The notes under the pieces: generated by a model
What the model was told of the DNA's origin: nothing
Seen by the model: only the letters and a program-made list of their open reading frames with translations
Database searches by the model: none
Assembly: GCA_951406725.2 (NCBI GenBank)
Contig: OX597818.1
Span: 12,152,001 to 12,216,000, forward strand
Direction: 5' to 3'
Source: Octopus vulgaris
Lineage: Eukaryota
DNA: 64,000 nt
Program-made: the position numbers and the translations under genes
Part shown: positions 54,162-64,000 of the stretch, one piece after another
How positions within the stretch are numbered: the first letter of the stretch is position 1
Layout: every line of letters starts with the position of its first letter

Positions 54162-54255
54162 GAAGAAGAAGAAGAAGAAGAAGAAGAAGAAGAAGAAGAA
54201 GAAGAAGAAGAAGAAGAAGAAGAAGAAGAAGAAGAAGAAGAAGAAGAAGAAGAAG
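54162..54255. repeat. (GAA)n microsatellite
   Basis: Direct inspection. Confidence 0.95.
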
Positions 54256-55439
54256 ACAGCAACTACAACAACTTAACTCTGATGAGCAGATTTAATTGTT
54301 CCTCAGGATCAGCTTGGTAAAAGATTCTACTTGCGTATCATGGTGAAAATATAATTTGAGGAACAAATCATCGTGGCTCAGTCCCATGGCTAACTGCCTT
54401 TGTGTTCTTTCGAACAAATTATCATTTCCTAGGTATGTGTCCGTTAAACAGATAACTGTATGTCAATGCCTTTGTGAAACTATCATTATTAGGAAATACT
54501 CGTACGCATGGGGAAAGCCTGGATGTAGCAGATTCCTTCTGAACTATGCTTGGGTTGAAACAAACAACTTTGTTAACGTGAAAATCTATTTCATTAAATC
54601 GTTGTTATCCTGGAATTTGTGAACAGCTAATTAGAAAAGTTTATTTAAATTCAACACTAATAGTGAAATACGAACTTTTGATTTTCTTTATGCCTTGTTC
54701 GTTCGTACATTATCCTCCTAGCCAGAATGGAATATTTAAAGTGAAACCTTAGAATCTGAAAGACTAATGAAAGACTTGCATCAGCAAATAGTATGTACAA
54801 ACATTGCTCGGAATATCTAAACTTTGAACGATCTTGAATAACATACAAACACAAATAAATTACACTATACGTAGCTTCAACTATCTGTGACTGGAATAAA
54901 TTGATTGTAAAGTATTGAAATAAAAATTAAATAGTTACAACCTTTGATACGGCACCCAACTATCTAATGTAATTAATGAATATGGTGATGCGTGGTGAAT
55001 TCTTCAAAGATGACTCAGAAGCATTTGAAATATTAGCAAAAACGTATTTCCACCCAGCTGTTAATAACAGTTAGTAAATAATTGATTATCAGACAACTTT
55101 AGCACAACCGAACAAATCGTTTGATAGATCAAGGCAGTCATACTGGTGGTTTATGCAATCTTAATAATGAAAATATTACATCAATTCATCAACATTAAAA
55201 TGAGAAAAGAAAAAGAAGTAAATATTTAATAGTACGATTTTTCAGCGGTCAGAATATGGAGTCTGCGTGTAAGTGGTGACTATAGAAATAATCATGATGT
55301 ATAAATACGTAATAAAAAGCCATATGTTTGGATTAACATATATTTAACCTCGGTTGGAAAATAAAACCTGTAGTTCTTTTGGTAACTTGGAATGTGGATC
55401 GAACTCTCTCTCCTATCAGCCAGCTCTTTACAATCCAAA

Positions 55440-55830
55440 CATGCAAAGATGACATTTTAAACGCCCACTGGCACTAAAGAACGGGACGTTCCATGGAAAA
55501 CCTCCAGACACCTAAGAAATTTGATTGCTCCGCCCTTAACGGGTCGTAGAAAGCTACTAGTTTGAAAGCACTCCACTTCGCTACTGCTCACGTCCAGGAT
55601 CAGAAACATATTTTCGTGTTTATGAAGAGAATGTGTATCGTGAGATCCTGATATTTTTCTAAACAACACAGCCACTCCAGTTTCCAATCCTGGTCAGCTT
55701 GTGGACATCTTGAATGCACTGAAAACGAGAGTGAAGGATGGTGGCTCCGAAATTTTGGACTCGCTGATGGTCACCACATTTATATGTAGCGAGTTGAAGT
55801 CGTTGAGCAAGTGGCTGCAGATCTCATGCA
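55440..55830 (-). pseudogene. LINE APE-type endonuclease fragment (L1/Tx1-like)
   Basis: Minus strand reads INVVTISESKI...TGVAVLFRK...FLILDV, typical of the APE N-terminal region. Confidence 0.55.
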
Positions 55831-55984
55831 TTTATACTGCCTATTCTAAGAAAAGACGCTAGTCGGAGGGAAGAAGGTGAGAAAGGCCCACTTGCCTTAT
55901 TCTGTCCTTCCGACTGGCTGTAGGCTATTTTCACAGGCAGTTATTTATACGGTCTTTTGTTTATATTTCTTCTTTTGGGATATT

Positions 55985-56823
55985 TACGAGGTCCTATCAA
56001 TAAGTATCCGGGCTGTTGTCATGGTAACGATACTAAAGCGCGCAGAGTGAAGCATCTTAACAAATATTGACTCTGCTGTGCAAATGCACTAAGTTCTAAC
56101 GTTATAGCTCAATTCCACTGTTTGCAACAGTGTGTTTGGAAGCAAGGTGTGTATGATCGTCGCATTGACCACAACAGAGAAAGTTGTCATGGCAAAACCT
56201 GCTCAGAGGCCTACGCAAAGTTGCAGAAAGTGTATGGAGAGGAGTGTATGAATCGCACACAAGTATACGACTGGTTCAGACGTTTCCAAGATGGCTAAAA
56301 AAATGTCGATATTGACGAAAGTTCTGAGAGACTCGCAACCAGTAGGTTTGAGAAAAACATCGCAGATATGCGTGGAGATGTGAGCATAAATCGTCGAATC
56401 ACCATCCGTGAGTTATCAGAAGATGTGCAGATTACTTACGCTTCAGTTCGGTCCATTATTTGGGTATGAAACGCGTGTCTGCTAAGTTTCTGCCAAGACT
56501 GCTTTCAGCTGACCAAAAAGACACTCGGGTTTCAGTAGCACAAGATCTCCTTGAGTGTGTCGAGAATGATGAAAATTCTTTGAAAACTTTGTGTAGGCCT
56601 CTGAGCAGGTATCGCCAAGGTTTTGGCAAAATATGATGCAGATTCTCTGTTCAAATCACTCTATCATAGTCATTGTGATGATCACACGCTACATACCTCC
56701 CTTCCAAGCACTGCTGTAAACAGGGGAAGTGAGATAGAACTTTAAAACTTAGTGCTCATGCACAATAGAGTTTGAGGTCGATACTATGGCAACAGTCCGG
56801 ATACTTATTGATCAGACCACGTA
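55985..56823. mobile_element. Mariner-derived fold-back element made of two transposase 5' ends
   Basis: TIRs tacgaggtcctatcaataagtatccgg and ccggatacttattgatcagaccacgta. Plus strand reads GKTCSEAYAKLQKVYGEECMNRTQVYDWFRRFQDG...RRITIRELS...KFLPRLLS, then an inverted copy of the left end. Confidence 0.85.
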
Positions 56824-59800
56824 CTTTACAGATGATATACGTGTGTTGTGATATTTGGATATTTTTTTATATGTGCTGGAATGCTATTAGCTAATGTACT
56901 GTAGTTATTGTGTGTTATGCTTGTATGAACAATTAATATTTATTGCTTGTGTTTATTGCGATGAAGTTAACGAATTCTTTATTTTGTTTGTGTTGGAGTG
57001 TGTGATCCGACAATAACAACATCATCGTCGTCGTCGTCAGCATCATCAACATCATCATCATCAACAACGACAACTATAGTAATAGTTTCAAATTTTTGAA
57101 GTCAACAATCTACTTGACTGGTATTTTATTTCATTCGACCCCGAAAAGACGAAAAGTAATGTTGTCTTCGACGGGATTTGAAGTTAGATCGTAAAAAGTC
57201 GGTTGAGATTCCGTGAGACGTTTTGTCCAACGCTGTAATATCCTGCCACTTATTTAATTTTGTAGCTTGTTCCATTTATACAACAACATCCCAATGTGGT
57301 GCCAAGACACAGCCGCACTATTCTGTCAGATAATTTAGTAGTGGGTGATGGCAAAGACGCGTTCACATTTTGTTCAAATGAGGTGTACCATTTCCGCTTC
57401 AATTAAAATTTTGTCGATTATAGTTCTTGGCAAAAATTCAAATCCAGATTGGTAGCTGCATTATCTTTTTACGGGAGAAATTAAATTATTTACTCCTAGG
57501 ATTGACTGATCCAAAAATGGATTCCTTTAATATTATAAAAGAAAGACAATATTCTCGACTGTTTTTTTATTTATAGAAAACTACTTGCTGTCTCGTATTG
57601 ATAGAAAATCGCTCACAATTACATCAGAGAATTCAATATAATACCATTTTCCTCTGTCAGTTTTCTGTTTAAAATATGGTGCTATTTCTTTTTCTTTGTC
57701 ACACCTGACAAATATGAATCTTTACATTCTGCAAATATGTAGCTTTCAAATGAATTCACTATTCTTACAATACATAGCTTTCTAAATCAACCTTTCTGTG
57801 ATTTCAAATTTGACATCATGTGTAGCAAGAAATGTTTTATTTTTAAAAAAAAATTAATGATTTGTTTTTGTATCTGTACTATTTTAAGTGCAAGTTATTT
57901 ACAACTTCTGTGTTTAAATTGCTAGCAATCCCTTTCGTGTATCCTCTTGAGCTACATTTGTATTTTACTTTCAGTATCAATGATTCTACTTTATAGACCT
58001 ACAGGTCGTCAACCGTAAATTTAGAATAATAGAAAATAATTTCACACCAGGCAAATACAATACCAGCATTTGTTGTCTCCTCGGTGCAATTATACATTAT
58101 ATTCTCTATATATTTACGTAATGGTGCAATGTTGATTGTCAGGTCGTAATAACTATAGCATCAATATAGCGTGGGTTAGGAGCACCTCTGTGGTTTCACT
58201 ACAGATACTAACTTCACCGCGAAACTAAATATAGTTTTATTGACTTACGTTGATTAAACATAATTTGTCATTAATTCTTCAAAAGTAGAAAGGCTGGCTT
58301 GACGAAGGGCAGAGAAGACAGAAACACATTCCACGACAATGAACCAATGAAGAAGCCACTATATGGTCATCCAGCGTACTAGAAATAAGAGTACTCTTTC
58401 CATCAACTAACGCTGTACCATCTTAATGTAGTTTTAGATAGCGAAGGTTGGAATGCTTTTATTCGGTATTTTCAGTCAGAATTAACCTGAAGCTAAACAA
58501 AAGAAGTAAGAACAAAGAAACCAGCGATTGCAACGAGAACATAAAAAGCAACAAAATCCCCCCCAAAATATCAACAAGAATGCAACAAGTAGATCATTAA
58601 TAACAATAGAACCAAAAACAGCAACTGAACGAACAAACATTCCTCAACTTAAGTGTTATCCAGAAAGAGAAAAGTGAGATGCGGATATTGTAAAACTTAG
58701 CAAAATATACACAAAAGAAGAAGGTATGTGAGATTCTCACACTCCAAAATAAAACTAGAAAAACAAACAAACAAAAACATAAACATTAAAAAAAGGCTAA
58801 AGCTTGTAACCGACAAGATTGAAAAGAAACATTCTGGCATGGTGAACTGGGAATTTTAAGAATGAAAATGGAAAAAAGAATTTAAAAGGCTTTTCAGTAA
58901 CACCTGAAAAAATGAGTATCTTTTTCTTTTGAACAAAATATCTGTTTCTCTGGAAGTAGTTTAGTGAGTTCTGTTACATTTTCTACCTCAAGTGATTTCG
59001 ATTTCGAAGCAAGTGTACTTGCTGAGCGATGCTAGGTCGGTCGGTCGGTCGGTCTAAGATCACGTTTTCCAGGACTTTGCACTTCTTATCGGAAGCCAGG
59101 GGGTGTAGAGGATACGTCATGTTTGGATGATCCAACTAGAGTGGACGCGCAGTTTTATTTAAGCAAAATGTCTGTATCTCAAGGTAAGAACGATCCTTTT
59201 GAAATCTGGTGATAGATCCAGTAGTCCGAGACGTGAAAAATGGTAAAGGTTATCTTCAGACAAGTGATCATTCAGACTGCGACCTGGAAGACTTCATCAA
59301 GAGTTCTTACAGCTCAAGATAAAATCTACAGACACGGCAAAGCTGTTAGCATATGCAAGAAGCTTGATGAGTTATGAAATCGTCTCAACCCGCTGGTTTA
59401 GTGTCTGGATACTGCTGATAGAGTGTCGAAAAGCTGTTATTGTGGAATGTGTCAAACAGCTGTTATTGCATGTAAAACGTTTTGTAATTTTGTCGAACAA
59501 GTTCTTTGTTGAGCGCATTACTATGCTTATTTGTTAGCTGTTGGCGGTTGCAAATGACCAGTGCTTTTATTGGGTTAAATTCTACAATATCAGATTGTAG
59601 TAATTTGTACATTTTGTTATGTTTATCATTAAATCAGTTGATGATGGATTCACTGATGATTCATTGCACTACCTCTATCACTTGTTAAATATTGTATATA
59701 CTTCTTTTAAGCCTATTGTTTTGCCGAATACGCCTAACTACGTGGATTAGTTTGCATTGGGGCTTTGCTAAGGAGTTGACCTTGTGGTCTCTCAGTGTGA

Positions 59801-60545
59801 TGTATGGTTGTCGTTTTGATAAATATTCTATTCTGTCTTGCCAAGTTGTTGTCAATTCCTGTTCTACTCTGTTGATTGAACAGTAAACGTTGGAGATTAC
59901 CCCAAAACCGCTTTGCTAAAATTGTTCCTAAAGAGTTTTTATGGGTGTCATTGTGTGTTACTCAAAGATAATCGTTCTACTTTCTCTCAGAAAATGAACA
60001 TTCGTTGTGATTAGTTGCTTAAGGTCCGTTTACTCCGGAACCTAATCATATAAATATAAAACCTTGCATATTTTTATCATGTTTAACATGTCTACGTTGA
60101 ATTTTCTTTTCTGTTTTAATTACAAATGTACGTGAAAATCAAATAGAAGCATTCTACGAAAAGATCCAGATTACCTTGTAAGATTGTTCAAGCCAAGAAA
60201 TTCTTTTTCCTGTTGCAAACTTCACAGTCAAAGCAGGAACAAGATCAACAAAAACGGAGATATGCAGAAAATGTAGATTGGGAACGGGAAACAATTGATA
60301 AGATACAAAGAAGTCAAAAGCCATGTCAGCGATAAAACACCAGAGCCATTCAACATGCAATGCCAAAGAATTACCTAAAAAAAATTTACCAAGTTCGGAT
60401 ATATGGGTGCCACCATGCAACAACCAGGAATCGGAGACCAAGAAACGCGTTCATGGGTTCATGGTTTCCGTCCCTCTGCATTGAGGATGGGAATAGACAA
60501 GGCAAAATGCGTGTTAGTATATATATGCGTATATTACGTGTGCAT

Positions 60546-60597
<52 letters not shown>

Positions 60598-61150
60598 GCA
60601 CACGCACGCACACGTATATAGAAGTAATGTTTGTCGCCACTTTAACATAGCTCTTCCGCATGTTACCACCATTTCTAGCCCCTAGAGTTACTACTTTAAT
60701 CTCTTGTAGAGATGCTCACACACTTGCACACATATAGATACGTGTATATACAGAGGGAGAAAATGAGAGAAGAGAAGTAAGTAGTAAGAGAGTATTTCCT
60801 TAGAACGCCTGAGTTATTAATATTTCAAATTTAAAATATCTTCTATCTTTCCTATCTTCTATTGTATTTGAAACATTGAACTGACTGTTTGAGACATGAC
60901 ATTTTTAAAACGAGAAATACTAGTAGTAAAACCATTTCAATATGCCCTGTCCCTATGTCTCGTACAAAATTTATTTGAACCCTGACTCAATAAGTAATCG
61001 TGACTTGACATCATTACTCTTAGTTTTCCATTTCCAATTTACTCACGAAGAAAGGAAGCAAAGACCTCAATGTAATGATCTGTTAAGCTCCGTATTTCGA
61101 TTATATATAGTATAACTAATTTTAGTAACGACTAGTTAATTTCCACATTA

Positions 61151-61191
<41 letters not shown>

Positions 61192-61467
61192 TTAGTTTTT
61201 TTGTATTTGTTACGCAAGATTCCTGATGTGAAATCGTCTGTTGAAACAGTCATTGTTATATTTCAGGAGGGTCATTTCTTTCTTGAGAATGGTCTAAATA
61301 GAGAAGGAGGAGATACGTGGGATGAGAGTCGCTGAAGAGATCACAGGCGTGTGACGAAAGACTTCCAGTAAGGGACATAAAATAAAAGCAATAATAAACA
61401 AGTGAAGAACGAATATATAGTGCATGTGTTTTTGGCAAGAAAAAAAATGACCGTCTCGAAACATTAT

Positions 61468-61554
<87 letters not shown>

Positions 61555-61794
61555 AAAACAATGTTTGGAAGACGCACGATGGAAGAGCGCACCTTTGATG
61601 TGAGCCCGACGAAGCGCCACTCTAATGTCTAAAAACCGCAAATATTATGTAAATTTTCACTTCAAATTTTTGCATAAACTGGAGTTGCAAGCAGAGCGGC
61701 AAGGAAACAATTGTAACTGATCATTAAAGATGTGTTACAGAATTTCTTTGTCTTATTTGGATCGCGTGTGTATGTGTGTGTGTGTGCATGGATG

Positions 61795-61840
<46 letters not shown>

Positions 61841-61971
61841 GATATGTATATATGCATATACATATCTATATGTATATATTAGATTCATTTTAAATGTCTT
61901 GTTACGTACAAAAATTTAAAATCAAACTCAAAGATTGCACAATACCTTTGAGAAGCATTTCTTGTTCCTTC

Positions 61972-62227
61972 TCGAGGCATGCCTGGCTTATAAGCGCCGG
62001 TTTCCCGTGGACAGGACGCCGGTCCGTCGCAGGTGAGCTGCAAGAGGAAAAAGTGAGAGAAAGTTGTGGCGAAAGAGTTAGCAGAAGTTCGCCATTACCT
62101 TCTGCCGGAGCCGCGTGTAGCTTAGGTGTTTCGCTCATAAGTACACACATCGCTCGGTCTGAGATTCGAATCCGCGATCCCTCGACCGCGATTCCGCTGT
62201 TCTAACCACTAGGCCATGTGCCTCCAC
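61972..62227 (-). mobile_element. SINE family C
   Basis: Reverse complement of ggaggcacatggcctagtggttagaacagcggaatcgcggtcg. Confidence 0.8.
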
Positions 62228-62717
62228 TTTGTGAAGCATACATATTTATCAAATTTTTACCAGACAAAGGATGACGATGTCCTTACAGTTTTGGCTTGCT
62301 TGCATTCGTTAGATTATGCCTTAGATTCTTTTCGGTTTTATATAGTCTTTAGCAAGTTACTCATTTTGGGATAGGTGGAGACAGGTAAAATGATAACCAG
62401 GTGCGGTATAGGTACGCCATAGAGGTAGTGTAGGAAAGGAGAATGAGGGTGGTGGATAAAAGATAAAACCCTAACCCTAACCCTATAGGGCTCATAGGAA
62501 GTTATTGTCAGGAGATTTTTCTTGCTTTATGCGGTAATTTGTTAATGTTTTGGATTGAGTCAAACGTGAAGGTAACTCTGTAAACGAATTTTCCAAATTC
62601 AGATCACGAAATTCTTAGTATAGAAACTTGGATTTTTGCTGTGTTTCAGGCTCACAAACGAATGTGCTTAAATGAATTATTAATTGGTTGCCCGCTAACT
62701 CTTTACTAGTTAAGTCA

Positions 62718-62812
62718 ATGTATGTATGTATGTATGTATGTATGTATGTATGTATGTATGTATGTATGTATGTATGTATGTATGTATGTATGTATGTATG
62801 TATGTATGTATG

Positions 62813-62841
<29 letters not shown>
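62718..62841. repeat. (TATG)n microsatellite
   Basis: Direct inspection. Confidence 0.95.
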
Positions 62842-62843
<2 letters not shown>

Positions 62844-62984
62844 TCATGTGTGGACGGATACACACACACATATATATATACGCATATATCTGTGTGTGTG
62901 TATATATAAATATACATATGTATGCATACATTGATATATTCTTACACACACACATATCGATATATGTATACATATGTAATATGG

Positions 62985-63071
<87 letters not shown>

Positions 63072-63466
63072 CGTATGTATAGTTATGCATATGCATGTAA
63101 ATGTCTATCTACAAAGTGCATGTATTTGTTATTCCATTTACATTCATTAAAAAAATATATACAGATATACAAATATACAGGGAATAACTTACCATAATAG
63201 ATTCTATTATCGTAATTTTTTACAATTCTGTATACAGTGATAAATTTTTCCTACAGCTAAGTATTTAACATTATATATCACGGCTTTACTGCAACTAATT
63301 GAATTAGATAGTAACTTAGTTTCAAGTGCCTATATCCAGAAAAACATTTTAAGTTTCGCATGCCAAAGTTAAGTTCAGAAATATTGATGAATATGTGTAT
63401 GTACCTATGCATATTTATATGTATGTTATCATCTATAACACTTTTCTCTTTCTATCTCTTTCTTCC

Positions 63467-63589
<123 letters not shown>

Positions 63590-64000
63590 ACACATAATCA
63601 CAGATACACAAACACACAAATTGTTACTAATCCACACAATTAGTAGTATGGAAGAAAAGAATGAAGATGGGAATGCACAAAAAATATATGAAGATTATTT
63701 TATAAGTATATAGGAGGTGGTGGGGCACAATGAAAATATTTTATACTGCATTTTTTACTATGAGAAGAAATATACTTTTTACAAATGTTTACTACCTTAC
63801 ATGAGCTATGTCAGATAAGCAAATAATCTTCTCTAAAAGCATTAACAGCATTATAACATAATCTGAAAACTATATCAGAAAATTATCACTGTTCTCTTCG
63901 AGTATGTAAAAAACAAATTTAGCTGGGGTAAAATGCGTAAGACAAAATAGAAAAACCTTACCCCTTCAGTTCTCTAGAAATACATTTGGAAACAGATTCG

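Noticed and set aside
54279-54330. Isolated CTGATGA (similar cases near 1896, 18921, 20331 and 59366)
   Set aside because: No properly placed stem II, GAAA and stem I.
62468-62484. Short CCCTAA telomere-type run
   Set aside because: Under three full units and interstitial, so not evidence of a telomere or fusion.

Overview
AT-rich, microsatellite-dense eukaryotic non-coding DNA. The SINE families and repeat landscape look like an Octopus (cephalopod) genome, which is an inference. I find no intact protein-coding gene, and nearly all supplied ORFs are microsatellite or antisense noise. The window is a mosaic of four tRNA-derived SINE families, a decayed Penelope-like element (PLE; RT plus GIY-YIG), three stacked R4/Dong-type RLE LINE remnants, other LINE fragments, mariner derivatives (two are fold-backs of one transposon end), hAT-like MITEs, probable Helitron derivatives and an internally deleted tRNA-Val. 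The main hidden signal is a set of type I hammerhead ribozyme (HHR) motifs in at least six short non-coding elements of unrelated sequence, mostly bordered by (TA)n tracts and built as fold-backs or tandems. The best example is a 350-nt tandem unit (45722-46775) with a complete HHR fold per unit, the architecture expected of a retrozyme or non-autonomous PLE able to release unit-length, possibly circular, RNA. Folds were read by eye, no activity is shown, and repeat boundaries are approximate.
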